Source: Candidatus Doudnabacteria bacterium (GTDB taxonomy: Bacteria > Patescibacteriota > Doudnabacteria > UBA920 > O2-02-FULL-48-8). Taken from it: a stretch of DNA of 45,777 nt. The notes under the pieces are model-generated. The model did not search any database, was not told the DNA's origin, and saw only the letters and a list, made by a program, of their open reading frames with translations. How positions within the stretch are numbered: the first letter of the stretch is position 1; every line of letters starts with the position of its first letter. The stretch spans positions 1 through 45,777 of the forward strand of contig JACQHB010000005.1 of the NCBI GenBank assembly GCA_016199215.1. The letters are read 5' to 3'. Position numbers and translations under genes: made by a program. Shown piece after piece: positions 18,366 through 25,859 of this stretch.

Positions 18366-19124
18366 TTATAGGTCAAAACCAAGTTTATTAAATACTTCTT
18401 TTACCTGCCGGGCAAGTTCATCGATATCTTTGGCTTGCTGAGCTTCTTTGCCGAATATCCGGAAATGATAAACCGGCAAATAATCCGGCCCCTCGATAAA
18501 TATTCTATCTTCATACAGCAAAAAATCAAGTTCCTCGGAGGTTAGCTTGTTGCCGTATCGTTCTTTATAAGTTTCCTCATCTTGCAAAGACATTCTCTGC
18601 CCGCTTGCGTCGGAAAAAAGAGGAACGTCTTTTGATCTCGCTATCCCCCATGCTTTTTCAGCGGACTTGATTGCGGATCGTGGAAACCCGAGCAAAAACC
18701 CTCTCTTACTATGCCATTTTGGATCCTCTTCCCCACTGGGGCGAACATACAGATTATTAGAATTGATAAACTCTAAAATATTTTCACCTTTATCCCATCC
18801 AACATCACTGGCTAATTCTGGTTCTTCCATAACTCTTTTTTCCACCGCGCCAGGATTAATAATCATTCCGCCTGCAACTTGCAAATCAATACCTGATTTT
18901 CCCAAGGTTTCGGCAAGCGAAACAGGATCAACCCCCCTGCCTTCGATTTCCAACGCGGGCTTAACTCCTGCAAGCAACCCTATCAACCCCCCTCGATCTG
19001 TCGGGGAGAGTTCGGGAAGCGCGAATTCTTTTTGGCCATGGATAATGTCCTGGATCATTTCCCTTACTTCCCCGGCAGAAAAATCTCTTTTGTCTCCATC
19101 GGATCCCGTTTCAGAAAATCCCAT
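18366..19124 (-). CDS. Hypothetical protein
   Basis: 252-aa ORF tightly packed in the operon; no recognised motif. Confidence 0.7.
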   Translation of the reverse strand: MGFSETGSDGDKRDFSAGEVREMIQDIIHGQKEFALPELSPTDRGGLIGLLAGVKPALEIEGRGVDPVSLAETLGKSGIDLQVAGGMIINPGAVEKRVMEEPELASDVGWDKGENILEFINSNNLYVRPSGEEDPKWHSKRGFLLGFPRSAIKSAEKAWGIARSKDVPLFSDASGQRMSLQDEETYKERYGNKLTSEELDFLLYEDRIFIEGPDYLPVYHFRIFGKEAQQAKDIDELARQVKEVFNKLGFDL

Positions 19125-19125
19125 A

Positions 19126-19638
19126 TTATTTTCGTCCTTTGCTTCCTTTAATAGTTACAGCGATTTTACGCGGAGCGGTGCTCGCGGCTTTGTCCACCAA
19201 ATCGGAACTGGATTGGATCTTGCCGCCCCTGCCGATGTTAAAAACCATCCTGATTCCAAGTTTCCGGCAAGTTTTAATATCTTGATGCAGGGACGAGGAG
19301 GGGTGAACCGCGTCTTTTTTGTTCCTGTCTCCGCCGTTGGCAAATATGTCCGGCTTAAGCCTGGCGAGCGCCTCGGAAACGCTCATGTCTTGCGGGTCCT
19401 TTGGGTGTCTGGTGACAATCACCATATCAACCCAGCGGATCGCCTCCAAAACTTCCTTCCGCTCAACCACTGACATAAAATTGTATTTCTTTTTTTTCTT
19501 AAGCCAATTATCGTTGTTTAAAATTACAACCAGCTGATCGCCCAAGGCCCGGGCTTCTTTAAAAAGTCGAATATGCCCCGGATGTATGGGATCAAATCCC
19601 CCGCTTACGGCCACCACGACTTTTTTATTATCATTCAT
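19126..19638 (-). CDS. Cytidylyl/adenylyltransferase family (TagD/RfaE-like)
   Basis: GGFDPIHPGH (HxGH), ANGGDR, SSS motif. Confidence 0.88.
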   Translation of the reverse strand: MNDNKKVVVAVSGGFDPIHPGHIRLFKEARALGDQLVVILNNDNWLKKKKKYNFMSVVERKEVLEAIRWVDMVIVTRHPKDPQDMSVSEALARLKPDIFANGGDRNKKDAVHPSSSLHQDIKTCRKLGIRMVFNIGRGGKIQSSSDLVDKAASTAPRKIAVTIKGSKGRK

Positions 19639-20083
19639 TGTGATCAGTTTGATGAAAATTAATATTCTTCTCTATGAATGTTAATGACTCCAAGCTGTCT
19701 CTGGTTATATTTTCAGGAAGATTGTTAACATCGAACCACCCCAGTTCTGAACAAAGCCGAGGTTCTTTAATCTCTAGTTCTCTTTCCCAGCGGTGAATTT
19801 CAAAATATATATGCAAACGCGAATGATCACTCCTAAGCACGCTTCTTACGTGGACCAGCTTCGCCTCTCTCGGATCAATTTTTATTCCAAGCTCTTCTAA
19901 ACCTTCGCGCTTAAGCGCGTCCAAAACGAGCTCACCCTGATCCACGTGGCCCCCAAACAAATGAAATTTTCCATCCGCCCAGCCAGTGTTTTGCCTTTTG
20001 CCAAGCAATACCTTGCCGTCCTTTTTTAAAACCAAATGTACAGCAACAACAATTTTAAACCGATCTTTCGGGTCAATGCTCAT
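19631..20083 (-). CDS. NUDIX hydrolase
   Basis: GGHVDQGE...DALKREGLEELG Nudix box. Confidence 0.9.
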   Translation of the reverse strand: MSIDPKDRFKIVVAVHLVLKKDGKVLLGKRQNTGWADGKFHLFGGHVDQGELVLDALKREGLEELGIKIDPREAKLVHVRSVLRSDHSRLHIYFEIHRWERELEIKEPRLCSELGWFDVNNLPENITRDSLESLTFIEKNINFHQTDHNE

Positions 20084-20145
20084 GGTACTTCCTCAATTAA
20101 TTTTTTCGCCAGATCCTCTAGCAAACAATCTAATATAATTTTCAT
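20080..20145 (-). pseudogene. Internally deleted maf remnant (MKIILDCLLEDLAKKLIEEVP*)
   Basis: Matches both the start (MKIVL) and end (DLTKKLIEEA) of the intact maf; its TGA overlaps the NUDIX ATG (ATGA). Confidence 0.8.
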
Positions 20146-20168
20146 AGCTTATTTTGGCATGCCAGCGA

Positions 20169-20226
20169 CAAAAGGTCAAAAAACTACTTGTCCAATGTTG
20201 TGCTCGATCGAGCAATGTTTTGTACA
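20169..20226. repeat. 58-bp direct repeat, copy 1 (contains palindrome A copy 3 at 20189-20226)
   Basis: Identical to 20829-20886, offset 660 bp. Confidence 0.97.
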
Positions 20227-20227
20227 C

Positions 20228-20797
20228 TTATCCCACCGCTTCTTCGATTAATTTTTTCGTCAAGTCAACTGGGAGACCCGCGACACTTTCAATTGTTCCT
20301 TCCAGGCGATCAATAAACTTTGAAAAAGGTTCCTGTTCGGCGGCGAAACTTCCGGCATGCTCGAACACTTTACCGCTCTCCACAAATTGTTCGATGTCCT
20401 CTTTTCGAAAAGGCTTAAAATAAATTGTTACCACATCAACTCCTTCGACAATTTTGCCTGTTTTAATGTTTGTCACGACAACCGCAGCCACTGTCTGTAC
20501 TGGCTTATCTCTAAAACCCAATGCGATCCGGTAGGCTTCTTCTTTCGATTCCGGTTTTTCCAGAATTTCACCATCAAAAACTACCACCAAATCAGAGGTT
20601 ATTAGAATCGAATCAGAATCAATACTTGGAGTCAATGCCACTGCTTTCGCTCTGGCTAAAGTAAGAGTTAGTTCCTTAGGATCCCTACATCTTATTGATT
20701 TCTCATCAATATCAGCAGTAATCACTTCAAAGTCAAAGCCCATATCTTTTAAAATTTTCCTCCGCCTTGCCGAACCTGATCCTAACACAATTTTCAT
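20228..20797 (-). CDS. maf: Maf family nucleotide pyrophosphatase
   Basis: IVLGSGSARRRKIL, IDEKSI, ARAKA, TSDLVV, KPES.EEA, AG. Confidence 0.93.
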   Translation of the reverse strand: MKIVLGSGSARRRKILKDMGFDFEVITADIDEKSIRCRDPKELTLTLARAKAVALTPSIDSDSILITSDLVVVFDGEILEKPESKEEAYRIALGFRDKPVQTVAAVVVTNIKTGKIVEGVDVVTIYFKPFRKEDIEQFVESGKVFEHAGSFAAEQEPFSKFIDRLEGTIESVAGLPVDLTKKLIEEAVG

Positions 20798-20828
20798 AAT
20801 CGTTGAAGTTATTCTCTCACCAAATAAT

Positions 20829-20886
20829 CAAAAGGTCAAAAAACTACTTGTCCAATGTTGTGCTCGATCGAGCAATGTTTTGTACA
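20829..20886. repeat. 58-bp direct repeat, copy 2 (contains palindrome A copy 4 at 20849-20886)
   Basis: Identical to 20169-20226; encodes the last residues and stop of the PaaX-like ORF. Confidence 0.97.
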
Positions 20887-21377
20887 TGCTCGAGTCGACC
20901 GGAAAAAACCTTGACGTCATTCATCAATTTGAGTTCTTTTATCAAATCAGCGACATCATTTGAAATCTTAAAAGGGCTTATAAAAGCGCTTTTTTGAAAT
21001 TGAGTGTAACCATTTCTAACCAAAAAGCGGCGGAAAGAATCTCTTGCCTTATGTTTTTCTTCAGGAACGTCAAATAATACGACGGTAGACAACCCGTCTT
21101 TCCGTAAAACTTTCTTAACAGTACTCTTTCTTATTGTTTTAGCCTTTTCTGTTAATATATATGTACTTGGATATTTTTTTCGATCTTTTTTCACTAATCC
21201 TAACTTTACAAATTTTCTCAAACGGTAATAATACGTTTGCCGGGGAATGGTAAGAACTCTTAACTTGCCGTAAGGCGTAAAAGCAATTTCCTCTGCAAGC
21301 AGCCCCAGCTCCTTGATCATATCCCAAAGTTCCTCGGTCGCAATGCGAAGTATTTGCTTTGATGATAAATTCCTCAT
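20844..21377 (-). CDS. PaaX-like protein: winged HTH plus Cas2-like (PaaX central) domain
   Basis: wHTH (YYYRLRKFVKLGLV...YILTEK) then VVLFDVPEEKHKARDSFRRFL...GYTQFQKSAFISP. Confidence 0.82.
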   Translation of the reverse strand: MRNLSSKQILRIATEELWDMIKELGLLAEEIAFTPYGKLRVLTIPRQTYYYRLRKFVKLGLVKKDRKKYPSTYILTEKAKTIRKSTVKKVLRKDGLSTVVLFDVPEEKHKARDSFRRFLVRNGYTQFQKSAFISPFKISNDVADLIKELKLMNDVKVFSGRLEHVQNIARSSTTLDK

Positions 21378-21385
21378 AATTCAAT

Positions 21386-21423
21386 TGTACAACTTTGTGC
21401 TCGATCGAGCAATGTTTTGTACA
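21386..21423 (-). promoter_or_regulatory. Palindrome family A, copy 5, forming the promoter of the PaaX-like gene
   Basis: Minus strand TTGCTC-N17-TACAAT, 6 nt before the ATG. Confidence 0.8.
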
Positions 21424-21433
21424 TATTACATAT

Positions 21434-22396
21434 TTACCACGGTTTGTCCCAATCAAAACCGCGGCCGAAGTGCCCCCAAGAAGCCGTGTTTGCAAAAATC
21501 GGACGGTTAAGTTTCAACAATTTTTTAATTCCTGCGGGAGTCAGGTCATATTGCTTGCTGATATCCGTTATCTGATATCTACTATCTGATTTGAGGACTT
21601 CCGCTGTTGCCATAACCGGCAAGGGTTTCCCAATCGCGTAAGCCAGTTTTACTTTTACCTCTTTAGCTTTTTTCTTCTTTAAAAGGTCAACCGCTATTTT
21701 GCGGGCCATATAGGCTCCGCTGCGGTCAACTTTCGTGGCGTCCTTTCCCGAAAAACTCCCACCGCCCACGGAAATTTCAGGCCCATAAGCGTCAATCACT
21801 ATTTTACGCCCCGACAAGCCGGAATCCGCGTCAAAGCCGCCGAGAGTCCATTCGCCAGCCGGATTAACAAAATATTCCTCGGACTTAATAAGTTTTTTTG
21901 CAAGCTTCAACAGATCTTTAGTTTTTGAATTTTGAAAAGACGCGACAACAGCCAGGACTTTCTTCTCATCAACGGTCACTTGGACCTTGCCGTCAAACGG
22001 GTAGATTTTATAAATTTTTTGGCACAGTTCGCGCGCGAGATTGTATTCCTGCGGCATAAAATTTTCACTCTCTGCCGTGGCACAGCCAACCATGATTCCC
22101 TGATCCCCTGCTCCGCCCTGATCAACACCGCGAGCGATAAACGGGCTTTGATGAACCGTGTGCAAGTGAACGTGGTAACCCTTCCCAACGACTTTTTTAA
22201 CAACAGCTTCTATGTCAACTTTAGCTTTGCTTGTTATTTCGCCGCTTATAGAAACCCCTTTATGACCTCCCATAACCTCAACCGCCACCCTGGAATTCGG
22301 GTCTTTTTTTAAATAAGCGTCCAGAATGGAATCAGCAATAAAATCGCAAATTTTATCCGGATGCTTTGGGCTTACAAACTCGCAAGTTTTGATCAT
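21434..22396 (-). CDS. metK: S-adenosylmethionine synthetase (short form)
   Basis: TCEFVSPKHPDKICD, GAGDQG, NPAGEW..GG...DSGLSGRKI, GGGSFSGKDATKVDRSGAY, WGHFG. Confidence 0.96.
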   Translation of the reverse strand: MIKTCEFVSPKHPDKICDFIADSILDAYLKKDPNSRVAVEVMGGHKGVSISGEITSKAKVDIEAVVKKVVGKGYHVHLHTVHQSPFIARGVDQGGAGDQGIMVGCATAESENFMPQEYNLARELCQKIYKIYPFDGKVQVTVDEKKVLAVVASFQNSKTKDLLKLAKKLIKSEEYFVNPAGEWTLGGFDADSGLSGRKIVIDAYGPEISVGGGSFSGKDATKVDRSGAYMARKIAVDLLKKKKAKEVKVKLAYAIGKPLPVMATAEVLKSDSRYQITDISKQYDLTPAGIKKLLKLNRPIFANTASWGHFGRGFDWDKPW

Positions 22397-22415
22397 GTTT
22401 AGAAATTAGAAATTT

Positions 22416-22439
22416 AAAAACTTTCCAAAAGGAAAGTTT
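22416..22439 (-). terminator. Riboswitch expression-platform terminator
   Basis: aaactttcc/ggaaagttt stem plus U-run, between aptamer and metK ATG. Confidence 0.65.
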
Positions 22440-22446
22440 AGATCGC

Positions 22447-22628
22447 GTTATCTTTCCCTCTCGGGCTGGATTTGGCACCTTCTTATGTAGTCAGTCGATT
22501 TATCGACTCGGTTGAGCTGATAAATCAGCCCCGAACCAGACACTCCGTGTCGGTACGGGGCAGGCTGACTACGAAAGGGTTGCCGGACGGATCATAAGGC
22601 CAGAACCTTTCCCGTCACTCTTGATATT
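22447..22628 (-). ncRNA. SAM-I (S-box) riboswitch with an 86-nt insertion in P3
   Basis: Minus: ATATCAAGAG..GGGAAAGG..CTGGCC..ATGA...CGGCAACC [insert] GGTGCCAAATCC.GC....GAAAGATAA; upstream of metK; TTGCTT-N17-TATAAT promoter at 22643-22671. Confidence 0.9.
22487..22572. mobile_element. Palindromic element (family C) with GTAGTCAG/CTGACTAC termini inside the riboswitch
   Basis: Internal palindromes agtcgatttatcgact and gctgataaatcagc plus ccccg...cgggg hairpin. Confidence 0.75.
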
Positions 22629-22653
22629 ATTCAATTTTAAATATTATAGATCT

Positions 22654-23220
22654 TTACTCAGGCTTAAGCAATGGGGAAAACTTTTGCCGCAGTTTGGCAA
22701 GCTTGGGATTTATAACAACCTGGCAGTAAGGATTATTATCCTTATTTTTTTCGTAGTAGTTCTTGTGATAATCTTCCGCGATATAAAATTTATCCAAAGG
22801 TCGAAGTTCGGTCACAATCGGAGCATCAAAAATATTTTCTTTTTCTAGATTTGAAATATATTCCTCAGCTTCCCTCCTCTGATCATCATTGGCATAAAAG
22901 ATCACTGACTTGTATTGTTCACCCGCATCCGCTCCCTGGCGATTCATACTGGTTGGATCGTGAAGCGCAAAAAAAACATTCAAAAGGTCTTTGAAAATAA
23001 TAATGGACGGATTAAATTCAAATTTAACAACTTCCACATGGCCCGTCCGGCCGGAGGAAACTTGTTCATAGGTTGGATTAGGGACAGCGCCTCCAGCATA
23101 TCCTGGCAGAACAAAAATCACTCCCCGCAAGCGAAGGAAAATCGCTTCAGTACACCAGAAGCAGCCTCCTCCAAAGACAGCTATTTCTTGCCTAAAAGCA
23201 AACATGCTGAATTTATGCAA
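22654..23220 (-). CDS. msrA: Peptide-methionine (S)-S-oxide reductase
   Basis: FGGGCFWCTEA, GYAGG, YEQVSSG.TGH.EVV, AEDYH..Y, YC..VI.PK. Confidence 0.96.
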   Translation of the reverse strand: MHKFSMFAFRQEIAVFGGGCFWCTEAIFLRLRGVIFVLPGYAGGAVPNPTYEQVSSGRTGHVEVVKFEFNPSIIIFKDLLNVFFALHDPTSMNRQGADAGEQYKSVIFYANDDQRREAEEYISNLEKENIFDAPIVTELRPLDKFYIAEDYHKNYYEKNKDNNPYCQVVINPKLAKLRQKFSPLLKPE

Positions 23221-23579
23221 TAGCGCTTTCCACCGCGATCCTTTGGTCCGTCGTCAAAAACATGGCCCAGGTGCGAACCGCAATTTTTACACGCCACTTC
23301 GATTCGACGGCTTCCTTCCGAATAGTCGTCACGCAAATCTATATTTTTTAGATTCGCGGGTTCGGTAAAGGAAGGCCAACCCGTACCGGAATCAAATTTG
23401 GTCCCTGAAGAAAAAAGCTCAGCCCCACAGGCCGCGCAACGATACATCCCTTTTTCGTGCGAATCCAAATACTCCCCGGAAAACGGCGCTTCTGTGCCTT
23501 TTTCCCGGAGGATCCTGTATTGTTCCGGGCTAAGTTTTCGCTTCCACTCTTCTTCGGTTATTGGCATAAAATTATTCAA
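23181..23579 (-). CDS. msrB: Peptide-methionine (R)-S-oxide reductase
   Basis: GTEAPF, CAAC, KFDSGTGWPSF, C..CGSHLGHVFDDGP, RYCINS. Confidence 0.96.
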   Translation of the reverse strand: MNNFMPITEEEWKRKLSPEQYRILREKGTEAPFSGEYLDSHEKGMYRCAACGAELFSSGTKFDSGTGWPSFTEPANLKNIDLRDDYSEGSRRIEVACKNCGSHLGHVFDDGPKDRGGKRYCINSACLLLGKK

Positions 23580-23655
23580 TACTTGTGAATAATAACCCTA
23601 TCTCTGATATAATAAAAGCAATTTAAACGAGGACTCAATTCCAAAGGGGGTCGGC

Positions 23656-23898
23656 ATGCTGCTCTACCACCCGGTGGGAATTATCTGCGGCAACTGCGAC
23701 AAGATCTTTAAGTCGGGTGAGATTTCGGTCAGAGCCGATGGCGGAGTGCTTCTAACTGGCACCTGTCCGGACTGCAAAGAACCTCAGTGGCTGGAAACTG
23801 ACGTGCGCGAACTGGTGGAATCAAGAAGAAATCTACTATGGCCGTACGCCGAAGAGTTTGATCTCGACTGCTTCCCGCTCAAAGGAAAACCTCAGTAG
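23656..23898 (+). CDS. Orphan Zn-ribbon protein
   Basis: CGNC...CPDC; AAAGGGGG SD, TGnTATAAT upstream, hairpin 23910-23942 downstream. Confidence 0.6.
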   Translation: MLLYHPVGIICGNCDKIFKSGEISVRADGGVLLTGTCPDCKEPQWLETDVRELVESRRNLLWPYAEEFDLDCFPLKGKPQ

Positions 23899-23909
23899 CA
23901 ACTGCTTTA

Positions 23910-23942
23910 AAGGCCAACCCCGGCTTCGCCTGGGTTGGCCTT
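23910..23942. terminator. Terminator-like hairpin between convergent genes
   Basis: aaggccaaccc / gggttggcctt 11-bp stem. Confidence 0.7.
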
Positions 23943-23959
23943 GCTCTTTGAAAAAAATT

Positions 23960-24457
23960 TTAACCTCTGGCCAAAACAACAAAAAAATAAACAAGCATGG
24001 CAAGCACTATCGTTACCTTGATAAGAACAGCAGTGACATACCCTTTGAAAGCGCCATAAGATTTAAGCAGTGCTTCCTTATAATTGCGTTCAACCATATA
24101 TTCGCCGACAAAAGCTCCAACCAGGGGCCCGATCAAAATTCCCAACGGCCCAAACACGATAATCCCACCAATTGTTCCAAGTATCGCTCCAATTATCGCC
24201 CATTTTGACGCTTTCTTTCCGCTGCCCATGGTTCCCACAGCGGGACCCAGGAAATCAAGCACAAAAGCGAACAAGGCAAGCACTCCCCAGAACACAAGCC
24301 ATTGCCACGTAATAACCTCAAATCCCGTGGCCGCCGAGTATATAAAAAGCCCAAGCCAGGCCAAAGGCACATCAGGAAGGAACGGCAGGATCACCCCGAC
24401 CAGTCCGGCCACAAGCAAGGTTAGAGTCATCAAAAACAAACCGATTTGATTAAGCAT
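23960..24457 (-). CDS. DUF456-family membrane protein
   Basis: GVILPFLP.VPL, GAILG...G....P.G...GP.VGAFVGE. Confidence 0.8.
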   Translation of the reverse strand: MLNQIGLFLMTLTLLVAGLVGVILPFLPDVPLAWLGLFIYSAATGFEVITWQWLVFWGVLALFAFVLDFLGPAVGTMGSGKKASKWAIIGAILGTIGGIIVFGPLGILIGPLVGAFVGEYMVERNYKEALLKSYGAFKGYVTAVLIKVTIVLAMLVYFFVVLARG

Positions 24458-24603
24458 ACCAGGTAGTAGAAATTTGACTTAATTTTTCGACCATTTTTGT
24501 TGATCTAATGCCTGGTCGAAAATTATATTGCGATATGTTTTTGATTAAGAATTCTTGCCTGAAAAACATATCGCAGGTCAAATTTTCACTACCTGGCATG
24601 CTT
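24452..24603. other. 152-bp three-way-junction palindromic element (MITE-like or structured RNA)
   Basis: 27-bp terminal IR (24/27), internal 10-bp and 14-bp perfect stems. Confidence 0.8.
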
Positions 24604-25299
24604 CAAATATTTAAATCTTAATTTGGGCCCGAACCGCTCGATCGCATACCTCAAAGCTGTCCTCGGCATGACTTTATAATACTTGGCCAAAAATTTTCTT
24701 TCAACCCTTTGGTCTCGCTTGCCCACTTCCCTAAGCATCCAGCCAACTGCCTTATGGATAAGGTCATGCTTGTCCGAAAAAAGGATTTTGGCAATCTTGA
24801 GCGTATCATCGAACTGACCTGCCCTGATAAATTGCTGTGTGGCTATTATAGAAATTCTTTTCTCCCAAAGATTTTCTGATTTCGCAAGTCTATACAGGAC
24901 TTTTTTTCCTTTTTGGTTTTTTAAAAGAAACCCTCCCACGATTGTTGGCGCGCTTACGTCAACCAGGTCCCAGTTGTTCACGGATTTGGCATTGTCCAAA
25001 TAAAATGTATAAATTTTTTCTCTTTCAAACTCACCTGACTTTATAAACTTATAAACAAGGATTCTTGTGGCTGTCATCCGATCCTCATGAATCTTGGAAG
25101 ATAGGAGGGCTTTGACCCCTTTCAAATTTAGGTCCGAGTATTTTTTCGCGATCTTTTTTATTTGGTCCTGATTCAAACCCAAAAATTCATCGCCTTCGCC
25201 ATAGTCGCCTTTCCCCGTTTTGAAAAACCACTTGTAAACTTCGATTTTTTCAGGATTTTTAAGGGCTCTGAGTTCTTGTTTTATCTTTGCAACAGACAT
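24589..25299 (-). CDS. DNA alkylation repair protein (AlkD-like)
   Basis: FFKTGKGDYGEGDEFLG, NNWDLVD.SAP, LIHKAVGWMLREVGK, MPRTALRYAIE. Confidence 0.9.
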   Translation of the reverse strand: MSVAKIKQELRALKNPEKIEVYKWFFKTGKGDYGEGDEFLGLNQDQIKKIAKKYSDLNLKGVKALLSSKIHEDRMTATRILVYKFIKSGEFEREKIYTFYLDNAKSVNNWDLVDVSAPTIVGGFLLKNQKGKKVLYRLAKSENLWEKRISIIATQQFIRAGQFDDTLKIAKILFSDKHDLIHKAVGWMLREVGKRDQRVERKFLAKYYKVMPRTALRYAIERFGPKLRFKYLKHAR

Positions 25300-25401
25300 T
25301 AGTTGGATTAAGTATATACTTAGATATATACTTTTTAAATTCCTTAAAAGGGTCCGCTGGCTGCTGTGATGGTTGTCAACAGCAGCCAGGTTACGATTCC
25401 C

Positions 25402-25812
25402 TCATTTCAGCAAGACTATCGCCAGAATGGGAATGCATGGGAAGGCCGCCAAAGCAAAAACGACAAGCGGCACAAAACCATTGAAGAAGAGCCAGGAGAC
25501 CCCAACCCAGGCGGCCGCTACCAGGATCATGGAACTTACCCGCCGCAGCGTTGCCGCGATTCTTGACTCTCCCCTCCAAAACCTTACGACACCTCCCCAA
25601 GCGGCGTCCACAAATGCAGCAATAGTGAACACCGTTGCCAGGAATCCGAACGCGAGAACCAGGAACATGACAATGCCAACTTCCCTGGGGGTCAGCAGGT
25701 GCCGGGTAAACACGCTGACGGCGAAGTAACCGCCGACAACGAGCAGGCCGAGAACGGCCAGGGCTTTGGTCCACCACGCCAGCGCAAGAAGCCACGCCAG
25801 AGTATAGTCCAT
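25402..25812 (-). CDS. Orphan four-TM membrane protein; start at 25812
   Basis: AAGGAGG SD before ATG GAC TAT, TGnTATTAT upstream, hairpin 25357-25389 downstream. Confidence 0.6.
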   Translation of the reverse strand: MDYTLAWLLALAWWTKALAVLGLLVVGGYFAVSVFTRHLLTPREVGIVMFLVLAFGFLATVFTIAAFVDAAWGGVVRFWRGESRIAATLRRVSSMILVAAAWVGVSWLFFNGFVPLVVFALAAFPCIPILAIVLLK

Positions 25813-25859
25813 CTGATCCTCCTTGTATCCGTGACTAAATAATAGCAAAAAGCTCCCGA

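Noticed and set aside
18667-19473. 268-aa plus-strand ORF and the other long antisense ORFs in the track (e.g. 10420, 14164, 16453, 37517)
   Set aside because: Shadows of well-supported minus-strand genes; no motifs or expression signals.
20844-21377. Cas2 gene / CRISPR locus
   Set aside because: No cas1 or array; repeats are separated by whole genes, not 30-40 bp spacers; the Cas2-like fold is part of the PaaX family.
20169-21423. Classical integron attC array
   Set aside because: No RYYYAAC/GTTRRRY core ends and no IntI gene.
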